The notes beneath the pieces are model-generated. The model did no database searches and was not told where the DNA came from. It saw only the letters and a list, made by a program, of their open reading frames with translations. From the NCBI GenBank assembly GCA_965279035.1, contig OZ257142.1, positions 3,424,001-3,488,000 on the forward strand: 64,000 nt of DNA, in the 5' to 3' direction. The stretch is from Bacteroidia bacterium. Its GTDB lineage: Bacteria; Bacteroidota; Bacteroidia; M30B66. How positions within the stretch are numbered: position 1 is the stretch's first letter; every line of letters starts with the position of its first letter. Both the position numbers and the translations under genes were made by a program. Of this stretch, positions 1 through 9,099 are shown piece by piece.

Positions 1-212
1 TCCACTTCATGAAATGGTTCTTCCACCCACTTTTTCTCCCCTACTTTTCGATGTAGCAAGATTGCTCGAACGATGTCATGTCCATCTCCATATACATGCG
101 CCGTTACTGCAAGCGTTTCATTTGGAATACGTTTTACCGGAAATTGTCCCTCGTCTATTTGCGGACCGATATGTTCGATTACCGCTCGTGCTTTGGCTAT
201 TGCTCCTTTCAT
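1..212 (-). CDS. glgE: 5' end of alpha-1,4-glucan:maltose-1-phosphate maltosyltransferase (runs off window)
   Basis: Manual translation of minus strand from ATG at 212: MKGAIAKARAVIEHIGPQIDEGQFPVKRIPNETLAVTAHVYGDGHDIVRA..., resembling the GlgE N-terminal domain (xxFPVKR, DGHD). Not in the ORF track because it is truncated. Confidence 0.75.
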   Translation of the reverse strand, partial: MKGAIAKARAVIEHIGPQIDEGQFPVKRIPNETLAVTAHVYGDGHDIVRAILLHRKVGEKKWVEEPFHEV

Positions 213-607
213 ACTTCCAAATATAGGAGTTGATCTGAACGAGTCAAATAAAATGTTGTAAAAATGACACTTAGATGATGTGCTGGTTTGTTAATGTGCT
301 GGTGTGCTAGTGGCTTGGGGAAAGATGGATTAGAACGGTTGGGGTGATAGATTCATTTTTGATCCGATCGCTATCAGATAGAAAATTTGCTATTTATTAT
401 GAATTCGTGTTTAAGTGTTTCAAGGATGATCAGTTCTAGGTGAAAAAAATCCATATACGCTGTAAATGAGTAACATAGTAGATTCATATAGGAATAAAGG
501 GACTTAATTCAACATACGAAGCCGTTCTGTGTTATGTTTGCGCCCGTTTAGGTTGAAAGAATTAAGTATACCACTAATTCGGTGAGATTTGATTAGGAAA
601 ACTACGC

Positions 608-1483
608 ATGACGACACATCAAAGAGGTAAAATCAAACTTCTAGATTATTGGGGATTTATTGGAATTCACTTTGTTCCATTTTTAGCAATATTCACAGGA
701 ACGTTTGCATTCGATTGGTACTTGGCATTAGCACTTTACCTTATTCGTATGTTTTTTATTACCGCTGGATATCACCGATATTTTTCACATCGAACATTTA
801 AAACATCTCGGGTATTTCAGTTTATAATGGCTTTCATGGCTCAAACGAGCATGCAAAAAGGTGCATTATGGTGGGCTGCCAATCATCGAATTCACCACAA
901 ATACAGCGACACACCTGCCGATCCACATTCAGCCAAGTTGTTCGGATTCTGGTATGCACATGTAGGCTGGATTGTTGGTCCCGATTTTAAAGAAACTCGT
1001 TATGATCTGATAAAAGACATGGCGAAATACCCCGAATTAGTTTGGCTCAATAAATACCATTGGGTTCCAGCTGCTTCTTTAATGGCCTTTTGTTTATTCC
1101 TTGGGAATTATGTGAATGGTGCTGGATTACTTGATTTTCAAGCAGGTGTTAGCACTTTGTTAATTGGTTTCTTTTTGAGTACAGCTGTCCTATATCATGG
1201 AACGTTTACCATCAATTCACTCATGCACGAAATGGGCTTCCCTCGCTACAAAACTACCGACGAGAGTAAGAACAGCGTCATTCTTGCTTTAGTAACTTTA
1301 GGTGAAGGCTGGCACAACAATCACCATTACTATCAAAGCACTGCACGACAAGGTTTTTATTGGTGGGAAATTGATATTACCTATTACATTATTCGGCTAC
1401 TCGGATTCTTTAGAATAGTATGGAATATTCGAGAAGTACCGAAACATGTAAAAGATGGTAATCACTTGAAGAGCGCTGCTTAA
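608..1483 (+). CDS. Delta-9 acyl-CoA/acyl-lipid desaturase
   Basis: Three His boxes HRYFSH, HRIHH, HNNHH; GEGWHNNHH motif; hydrophobic segments. Confidence 0.92.
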   Translation: MTTHQRGKIKLLDYWGFIGIHFVPFLAIFTGTFAFDWYLALALYLIRMFFITAGYHRYFSHRTFKTSRVFQFIMAFMAQTSMQKGALWWAANHRIHHKYSDTPADPHSAKLFGFWYAHVGWIVGPDFKETRYDLIKDMAKYPELVWLNKYHWVPAASLMAFCLFLGNYVNGAGLLDFQAGVSTLLIGFFLSTAVLYHGTFTINSLMHEMGFPRYKTTDESKNSVILALVTLGEGWHNNHHYYQSTARQGFYWWEIDITYYIIRLLGFFRIVWNIREVPKHVKDGNHLKSAA

Positions 1484-2370
1484 ATAATAGTCGCAAGAGC
1501 AAATACGACATATTCGATAAAAAACAATCCCCAAAAAAGCATGTAAAATTGCTTGATGGATGTATCGTTTGTTAAATCGATTCGGTAAGCCATAAAGAGG
1601 AAAAGTGCCCATAATATTGCATGACTCGAAATCATGAAAATGGGTGATGGGATTTGGCTTATAGCAGCAAGAATTATTACACTCAAATACGCTAGTGAAA
1701 CCACGATTAAACCAGCTCTAAAAGCACCTGTTCGTCCTGTTTTAACTGCCAACGTTTGAAAAGAATATTCTGCATCACCAAGTGTATCGGGAATATCTTT
1801 GAACCAAGCAATTCCTAAGCTAAATGCTACCACAAAAATAATCAAGGAACTAATGAGAGCATTGACTTCGGTATGATGAAAAAATGCCTGTTGGAAATGC
1901 CAATAAAACCCCAAATTAACTAATACACCTCTGACCAAAGCAATAGCTGAAGCTGCAGCTAAATGACTGCGTTTTAATTTCAAGGGAGGAAGTGAATATG
2001 CAGTTCCGATAAGCATAATACTGGCTATTAGTCCTAAGAATGCGAGTGACAAATACGCAGCTGAAATCAAGGAAATTCCTCCACTAATCAACACGATAAT
2101 TAATCCTGCCTGTCTTGAAAGTTCGCCTGATGCGATGGGCAACCAAGGTTTATTGACTTTGTCGACATCCACATCGGACCATTGATTTAAACCGGTGATG
2201 TAAATATTACAGCCCCAAGCACTGATTAAACTAATACTTACAATACCGAGTTGCTCAATTGAAATCGCACTTTCATTGAGAGCAATAATATAGAGAGCAA
2301 TAATGCTGAGTGTACTTCCAATAATGGTATGCGGGCGACTAAATTGCCAGAGAATTTTGAGTTTATTCAT
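1480..2370 (-). CDS. UbiA-family prenyltransferase, homogentisate phytyltransferase-like
   Basis: FSRPHTIIGS, NIYITGLNQWSDVDVDKVNKPWLPIASG and KDIPDxxGD motifs typical of HPT/VTE2-type enzymes. Confidence 0.85.
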   Translation of the reverse strand: MNKLKILWQFSRPHTIIGSTLSIIALYIIALNESAISIEQLGIVSISLISAWGCNIYITGLNQWSDVDVDKVNKPWLPIASGELSRQAGLIIVLISGGISLISAAYLSLAFLGLIASIMLIGTAYSLPPLKLKRSHLAAASAIALVRGVLVNLGFYWHFQQAFFHHTEVNALISSLIIFVVAFSLGIAWFKDIPDTLGDAEYSFQTLAVKTGRTGAFRAGLIVVSLAYLSVIILAAISQIPSPIFMISSHAILWALFLFMAYRIDLTNDTSIKQFYMLFWGLFFIEYVVFALATII

Positions 2371-3124
2371 GATTTGCAGGCACTATATAAAACCAACTGA
2401 CAGGTGCCCACCAAGGCCCATGAATTCCAGATTTTATCAAACATCCAGTTGGTAGATGTTGTTTAGCATGAGCACTCATTTTAGTATGAGTTTCTGATTT
2501 TAATACACTAACAACTCCATCCCAAGTAATGGTGAAGAGGTTAATAGGAAGTATGTAAGTGAATAATAATCTTGTCCACGAAAAGGGTTTAACGAAAGGT
2601 GTTAATACGAGTTGACCAATTGTAGTAGTGAAAATAATTTTGAGAAAAACCAACACATTAGGCTGTAATACTTCAGCCACGAAAAATCCTTTTTTACCAT
2701 GTTGTTTGATTAATTGTGCCTTTTGTTTTGCATCGAAATGATGGTATGCATTAAAGAGTGTGCAGATATCTTGTTGCTGAGATTGCCAGGTTAATGCATC
2801 AACAGCCGTTTTGTTTGTATGTGCTTGATTGGGTAAATTATTTGGGAATTCTGGAAATAAATCGGTCAATTCCAAGGGAAATTGTTCCCATTTTTTATCC
2901 GATTTTCTTAGTTCTTTCAATAATGATAGTGCTGGCCCACCATTGCCTGATGCCAAATCTGTCCAACTGTTTGCTTGAGCTAAAACTACTGCTTCTACGA
3001 ATTTTTCTTTGATGGGTTTATACACACCAAATTGAGCTACTAACCAGCCTATATAGGTCGTTTGCATTCCTCGAAATACTTTTGGAAACCACGATTTATC
3101 CTCCCATTCAAACATCTTTAGCAT
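2363..3124 (-). CDS. Putative class I SAM-dependent methyltransferase-like protein
   Basis: DLASGNGGP motif I-like, LTDLFP, FNAYHHF; overlaps the prenyltransferase start (coupled). Confidence 0.6.
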   Translation of the reverse strand: MLKMFEWEDKSWFPKVFRGMQTTYIGWLVAQFGVYKPIKEKFVEAVVLAQANSWTDLASGNGGPALSLLKELRKSDKKWEQFPLELTDLFPEFPNNLPNQAHTNKTAVDALTWQSQQQDICTLFNAYHHFDAKQKAQLIKQHGKKGFFVAEVLQPNVLVFLKIIFTTTIGQLVLTPFVKPFSWTRLLFTYILPINLFTITWDGVVSVLKSETHTKMSAHAKQHLPTGCLIKSGIHGPWWAPVSWFYIVPANHE

Positions 3125-3147
3125 GTATCGGTTATCTTCACAAACCT

Positions 3148-4605
3148 ATGGATAAGGATTCAGTCATTTTAATTTTTTCGGGATTACTGGTGTTATTTAT
3201 ATCTATAACGCTCGAAATGCTTTCCCGTAAAGGAATTCTACCACAATGGATAGGGCGGAAATTACTGCATATTTCGGCCGTTAGCACCTGCGCTTTTGTA
3301 CCATTGTATTTAGAGGATTTATTGTTTCTTCAATATATAGTTGTCATCGCCGAAATCATCTTGATTTATTTGGTGTGGAAAGGAATTTTATTTGAAGAAG
3401 AGCATAAACGAAAAAGTTGGGGCATTGCTTTGTTTCCCTTACCATTTATCGCTTTTCTGCTTTTGTTTGAAGATCAACGTTGGTTAATTTCTTTTCCAAT
3501 GCTCATACTTGCTTGGAGTGATGCACTAGCCGCTATTGTTGGAATTGCTCTTGCTAAGCGATATTTTACAATGAGTGGTGATCCCAAATCCTTAGCTGGT
3601 AGTTTTGCTTTTTTTATTTCGTGTGTATTATTATTCTTCTTAGGTCGGTTCGGATTTTTCCCGCTTTTCCCCAATTGGTCTGCTATTCCAATTAGCAACT
3701 TCTTTGTATTAGCTGCTTTATTTTCGATAATTCTGTCAGCTGTTGAAGCACTAGGATCTCAAGGTTCCGATAATTTATTTATCCCCATTGCTGCACTAAT
3801 CTTGTTTTTGCGCATGGATGAAATCATCTCGCACTTACACGTATTTTCTATCCTTGTTTTATTTGCTGGATTATTCGTTTTAATTACCGTTAAGAAAAAT
3901 TCCTTAAGTCCGAGTGGTGCATTTACCGCAGCATTCATGGGGATTTCTGTGGCCGAATTTGCAGGTACAGAATGGTTGATTTTACCTGCTGTTTTTTTCT
4001 TAAGTAGTACGCTTATCGGTAGAATGTTCAAAGGAAAATCGACTCAAAGCGATTCAAAGCAGGGAAAAGCGCGTGATGCTGTTCAAGTAATATGTAATGG
4101 TGGCGTTTATTGGCTGATGGCTTTGTTATTTCCTTATTTCCCGGATTTAAGTTTAGTGATGATTGTGTCGATGGCGATTGCCACATCGGATACTTGGGCT
4201 TCGGAAATTGGTATTGGCTTGAAAGGAAAAACGTATGATATTATTTACTGGAAAAAGCTTCCTTCAGGAATTTCTGGAGGCGTTTCAATCATTGGCACTA
4301 TAGCAGGATTTATAGGTGCATTTATTATTGCATGCATCGGTTGTATTTTGATAGATCATGTTGAATTTACTTACATTCTTCTCCTTACTTCATTAGGCTT
4401 TTTAGGAATGTTATTAGATAGTTTTATCGGTTCCCTTTTTCAAGCACGCTATAAAAATTCGGAGGGCATTTCGGACGATAAAAAAGGAAATCATGTTCAA
4501 TTAATTCACGGATATTTATGGTTTAGTAATGATCTCGTTAATTTATTGAGTAATCTTATAGTAACAGCAATCGTTTTTACCTACTGTTATCAAATCCTAA
4601 AATAA
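3148..4605 (+). CDS. Fusion of phytol/dolichol kinase-like domain and DUF92 (VTE6-like) domain
   Basis: N-half: RKLLHIS, WSDALAAIVG, KSLAGS, GSDNLFIP. C-half: RDAVQVICNG, ATSDTWASEIG, GISGGVS, DSFIGS, NDLVNL. Start trimmed to MDKDS. Confidence 0.8.
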   Translation: MDKDSVILIFSGLLVLFISITLEMLSRKGILPQWIGRKLLHISAVSTCAFVPLYLEDLLFLQYIVVIAEIILIYLVWKGILFEEEHKRKSWGIALFPLPFIAFLLLFEDQRWLISFPMLILAWSDALAAIVGIALAKRYFTMSGDPKSLAGSFAFFISCVLLFFLGRFGFFPLFPNWSAIPISNFFVLAALFSIILSAVEALGSQGSDNLFIPIAALILFLRMDEIISHLHVFSILVLFAGLFVLITVKKNSLSPSGAFTAAFMGISVAEFAGTEWLILPAVFFLSSTLIGRMFKGKSTQSDSKQGKARDAVQVICNGGVYWLMALLFPYFPDLSLVMIVSMAIATSDTWASEIGIGLKGKTYDIIYWKKLPSGISGGVSIIGTIAGFIGAFIIACIGCILIDHVEFTYILLLTSLGFLGMLLDSFIGSLFQARYKNSEGISDDKKGNHVQLIHGYLWFSNDLVNLLSNLIVTAIVFTYCYQILK

Positions 4606-4737
4606 ATTCATTTAATTCCTCGATTTTTTTTGTAGAGTGATGTGTTTGAAAACCATGTTCATAGATTTTAATTTATCATTTTAAATCAAGGATAGATTGA
4701 GGATAAATTGCTTTACCTAATTTAACCTACGTCTAAA

Positions 4738-5715
4738 ATGAAACATTTTCTAACAGTTCTATTTGTTTGTGCTTGTCACATGCTATTTGCTCAACCCGAT
4801 TTTACTAGCTCTGATATGCCTAACATTGGCGATAATGATACAGTGATGTATCTAAATTATCAAGCAATTGACAATAATTTGGAAACTGAAACTGGAAACA
4901 ATTATTCCTGGGATTTTAGCTTTCTACCTTTTGCGACCTATCCCAATTTCATACGCCTTGATTCCTTTAGAGTGAAAACGCATTATTTAAGTCAATCGTT
5001 TCCAGATGCAACCATTGAAGAATTCATTTACGATGGAACAGCAGGCGACCTCAATCTCTTTAGTTATAGCAACGATACCTTAATGATACATCGATTAGGA
5101 GGTGTTGATGCAGGATTATCGATAATTCCGGCGATGCCTTCTATGGCATTCCCTTATTCTTTCAACGAAACATCCGATATCAATATGATTTTTCATGCGG
5201 GTCCTGTTACTACGGGAGAGCGAAGAACAACGGTTTCATACGATGGTTTTGGAACGCTTCATATGCCTTCTGGGAAAACGTATTCCAATGTATTTCGCAT
5301 TAAGAAAGTCGAACGTGATACCTCTTATGTTTTAAATACAACACAATCGAGCACGCGCTATATGTGGTACAAACAAGGTGGACAAATTCCGCTACTTGTA
5401 TTAACTTATTCAGGGGCACTTAATTTATATTTTGTATTAGGAAGTAAATCAAACAATACTTCTTTAGGAATTAATCCAGTGATTGAATTTCAATCAGAAA
5501 TTCGCATTTCGCCCAATCCTTCTCATGGAATTTTTCAGATTCAAACCAATGATATTCAACCTGATAAATTAGAGGTATTTACTGTTTTAGGTAAAAAGGT
5601 TTATTCCGGAAAATCAGAAAAACAACTCGATTTAAGCGGATATCCTCAAGGTGTTTATTTTGTTTCTGTAACTAAAAACCAAAAAATAATCACTAAGAAA
5701 ATTGTATTGAATTAA
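4738..5715 (+). CDS. Secreted protein with T9SS type A C-terminal sorting domain
   Basis: Signal peptide; C-terminal ISPNPS...GVYFV...KKIVLN. Confidence 0.85.
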   Translation: MKHFLTVLFVCACHMLFAQPDFTSSDMPNIGDNDTVMYLNYQAIDNNLETETGNNYSWDFSFLPFATYPNFIRLDSFRVKTHYLSQSFPDATIEEFIYDGTAGDLNLFSYSNDTLMIHRLGGVDAGLSIIPAMPSMAFPYSFNETSDINMIFHAGPVTTGERRTTVSYDGFGTLHMPSGKTYSNVFRIKKVERDTSYVLNTTQSSTRYMWYKQGGQIPLLVLTYSGALNLYFVLGSKSNNTSLGINPVIEFQSEIRISPNPSHGIFQIQTNDIQPDKLEVFTVLGKKVYSGKSEKQLDLSGYPQGVYFVSVTKNQKIITKKIVLN

Positions 5716-6236
5716 CCCATTATGCGGTTAAAAATTAAAAATATTCTTCAATAATGTTCATCACTTATGCCAATTTTCAACACTTGATAAAAGCTTTTAA
5801 ATAAAATTATTTTAAAGTAAAATTAGGTTTAAAAACGGATCAGTGCGATGGCTTTGTCTGGGCGGCGAGGGTGTGTTTCGACTTTGACTAGAAAATTGAA
5901 TGTCCGAGCAGAATGGTCGAAAAAAAGCCCTGCGGGTGAGCAGCATCGTCCAGACTTGAACTTTTTTATTCGTTCGTGTTTGTTTTTTAAAGGTACTCAT
6001 GAGGGCTTCGCCGTTGGTTAATTCTTGTTTCAAGACAAGAATTAACACGTCGTAGACAAACTTGAATGATGTAATGACAAGGTACTTAAACAGCCTTATT
6101 TCAATGATTGATATGAAATATTTATATATAAAAGTCAACCGCACAATAGGTTGAATTAATTTCATTTATTCAATTAAAAAAGGCTCATTTACTATCTAAC
6201 TAGTTAATGAGCCTTTTCATTTGAAGAATTTACAAA

Positions 6237-6677
6237 TCAACTTTTTCGCTTCCAATTCTCGGTTCGCCCTATGAGAGAAATGCCAATATATCCGCGTACA
6301 TCCAATGTATTTTTATCGGGCATAGTGATTTTGCAACTGTATGTTTTTCCTTCTTCCGGATCGTAAATAGTTCCGCCTTTCCAAACTTCATCATCGTAAA
6401 TAAAGTTCTTCAATAATAGATAACCCATTATAGGTGTGTTTCGCTTTGTTGGCTCAGGATTTTTCTTGTCAACTTTGGGTTTTCCAGTGATGGAATCGAG
6501 TGGTTCTTTTAACCAGATAATTGCACCGTAATAATGCTCCCCGCTTTTATAAATGCGAACATGAGCTTTTCCACTTTTGGGAATCCATGTTCCTTCTATA
6601 TCGCTTGCCTTTTGTGAATAGGCATGTTGAGTAGTTAAAACGAGTACAAATGAGAAAATTAAACTCAATAATTTCAT
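6237..6677 (-). CDS. DUF2147 family protein
   Basis: Signal peptide; GTIYDPEEGKTY and LDVRGYIGISLIGRT motifs. Confidence 0.85.
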   Translation of the reverse strand: MKLLSLIFSFVLVLTTQHAYSQKASDIEGTWIPKSGKAHVRIYKSGEHYYGAIIWLKEPLDSITGKPKVDKKNPEPTKRNTPIMGYLLLKNFIYDDEVWKGGTIYDPEEGKTYSCKITMPDKNTLDVRGYIGISLIGRTENWKRKS

Positions 6678-6717
6678 TTTTAATTCTGATTTTAATTTTT
6701 TAGATGATTTCCCAAAC

Positions 6718-8880
6718 TTATTTATTTCGTTTGAATATCCCTAGCACAGTTTTTCCAATTTCATCTAAACGAAGTAGATTCTCTGTTACAGAAGGCATCA
6801 TATTCAAATCCTTAAATCCCGAATCATTCAAATTAGAGGAAATTCCTTGAATTGGATAAATGAGTAAAACACTGTTTGACTTAAAATAGTTTTCAATTTG
6901 ACCAGGTATGCGCAACATAGCTGATTGGTATGAACGATGAAGCCTTCGACTCATTACAATCGTAAATAAATCATCTGGTTTTACATCACGTGAAAACAAT
7001 AAGAAATCATCCCAATTCGTAAAGGTTTCAAATTGAATATCAACCGGATGTTTTAATTGAATATCTCGGAAAAATTTGAGGCTGTTTTCATTTCCATAAA
7101 CAAGAAGTTTTGTTCCGGTATTTCGAGCTAAACTCCATACACGAATAAGCCATAATGCAAAACCAGCTTCGGTTTCGGAATTTGGTGGAATAACCAAAAT
7201 TTGCCGTTTGATTGTAGTTAAGGGCTGAGTAGGCCGATAAATAAATAATGTCGACTGAGTACTTTCCAAAATTTCTTCGACTAATTCTTTCGGAAATTTC
7301 TTCTCAATTCCTTCTCCAGCAGTAAATCCCAAAAGTATATCACTAATTTTTTGTTCTTGGATAACCGAAATGATTGCCTGACTTATACTACTATCATATC
7401 GCAATACAGGTTGTAATTTATGATCGGTTGCAGCTGCCGATTGAACAGCATGATCGAGAATTTTCTTGGCTGATTTCTCGTTTGATACTTCTGTTGGAGA
7501 ATTTCCTAACACCGATAATCCAAAGAAACCATTCGTATTTTTCTTTGATTTAATACTGATGCTAAGTTGAATTAATTCTTCAATTTGATTTTCGGAAAGA
7601 AGAGGAATGAGTATTTTTTCGGATTCAAGAACATTTCCATCTAATTGTTCTTCGGCTTCGAGCAAGGCAATGTTTCTACCGCCTTTTTGTGCAGCAAACG
7701 AAGCAATGGTGCAGGAAACTAGAATCATAAGAATAGTTCCATTAAGCACATATTCGTTAAGTAAACGAATAGGCTGACCATTTGCATCTGTTCCTAAAAT
7801 GATGTTGTAACCAACTAATACCGTTGCAAGCGTGGCGGCTGCTTGGGCATTACTAAGACTGAAAATAATACGACGTTCATCGCGTGAATAACCAAACGTT
7901 TTTTGTCCTAACCAAGAAGTTAAATATTTAGAACCCATGGCACAGAAAATCATGACAACAGCAACTTCTAATGTTTCCCAATCTTTAATAAATACGCGGT
8001 AATCGATTAACATTCCGATTCCAATGAGGAAAAATGGAATGAATAAAGCATTGCCAACGAATTCAATTCGATTCATTAATGCCGATGTATGGGGAATAAG
8101 TCGATTGAGTGCTAAACCGGCAAGGAATGCACCTATGATGGGTTCAATACCTGCAACTTCTGCAAGAAATCCTGCTAGAAAAACCATTCCCAAAACGAAG
8201 ATATATTGGGAAACACTTTCTTGATTGATTTTAAAAAACCATCGCCCAATGACGGGAAACAGGAAAAGTACAATCAATGCAAATAATAAAACTCCAATTC
8301 CTAACCGAATCCAGAATTCGTTATTTATTTCTCCGGTTGCCATTCCAGCTACAGCAGCCAAGACGAGCAATGCTAAAGTGTCGGTGATCATAGTTGCGCC
8401 CACCGTTACTGTAACAGCTCGGTTTTGTGCTACTCCTAATTTGCTGAGTAATGGATAAACAATGAGTGTGTGTGATGCAAACATACTCGCCAACAAAACC
8501 GATGTCATGAGCGAAAAATGCAGCACATAATATGTGACCGCCGTTCCAATAACCATCGGGAATATGAAGGTGTATAATCCTAAAATAACACTTTTCCCAC
8601 TGTTCTTTTTAAACTGAATTAAATCGATTTCAAGTCCGGCCATGAACATGATATACAGTAAACCAACTGTGCCGAAGAGCGTTACACTAGCATCGCGTAG
8701 CATGAGATTAAACCCAAATGGACCAATGAGTGCTCCTGCTATGATGAGGCCAATGAGTGGTGGTATTTTGACTCGATTAAGCAGTATCGGGACAAACAAG
8801 ACAATGAAAAGAATCAAGGAAAAAATGAGAACAGGATTCTTTAATGGAAGATTGAATTCGAGCGCGTTTAGAAAAAGCAT
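6718..8880 (-). CDS. Cation:proton antiporter (CPA2) with C-terminal USP-like region
   Basis: Many TM segments, MAGLEID, GAFLAGL, FIPFFL; start probably MLFLNALE. Confidence 0.85.
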   Translation of the reverse strand: MLFLNALEFNLPLKNPVLIFSLILFIVLFVPILLNRVKIPPLIGLIIAGALIGPFGFNLMLRDASVTLFGTVGLLYIMFMAGLEIDLIQFKKNSGKSVILGLYTFIFPMVIGTAVTYYVLHFSLMTSVLLASMFASHTLIVYPLLSKLGVAQNRAVTVTVGATMITDTLALLVLAAVAGMATGEINNEFWIRLGIGVLLFALIVLFLFPVIGRWFFKINQESVSQYIFVLGMVFLAGFLAEVAGIEPIIGAFLAGLALNRLIPHTSALMNRIEFVGNALFIPFFLIGIGMLIDYRVFIKDWETLEVAVVMIFCAMGSKYLTSWLGQKTFGYSRDERRIIFSLSNAQAAATLATVLVGYNIILGTDANGQPIRLLNEYVLNGTILMILVSCTIASFAAQKGGRNIALLEAEEQLDGNVLESEKILIPLLSENQIEELIQLSISIKSKKNTNGFFGLSVLGNSPTEVSNEKSAKKILDHAVQSAAATDHKLQPVLRYDSSISQAIISVIQEQKISDILLGFTAGEGIEKKFPKELVEEILESTQSTLFIYRPTQPLTTIKRQILVIPPNSETEAGFALWLIRVWSLARNTGTKLLVYGNENSLKFFRDIQLKHPVDIQFETFTNWDDFLLFSRDVKPDDLFTIVMSRRLHRSYQSAMLRIPGQIENYFKSNSVLLIYPIQGISSNLNDSGFKDLNMMPSVTENLLRLDEIGKTVLGIFKRNK

Positions 8881-9099
8881 ACAAGTTGGGTTAAACCAAA
8901 TGTAGGCTAAACGAAGCATGAGAATTGGACAATAAAATTAATCGGTGAACAAGTATGATGATTAATCAGAATCGAATATTCGTTTTTACAAATGAGCGGT
9001 AAGGATTGAATGGATAGCCCGCAGCGTAAGCCGAAGCAATTGCTAAGGCTTACAGTGAGGACTAGGAATGAAAGCCTGACTGACCGCCCAAAAAAAAAA

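Noticed and set aside
14-261. Plus-strand ORFs 14-226 and 73-261
   Set aside because: Antisense to the recognisable glgE 5' end.
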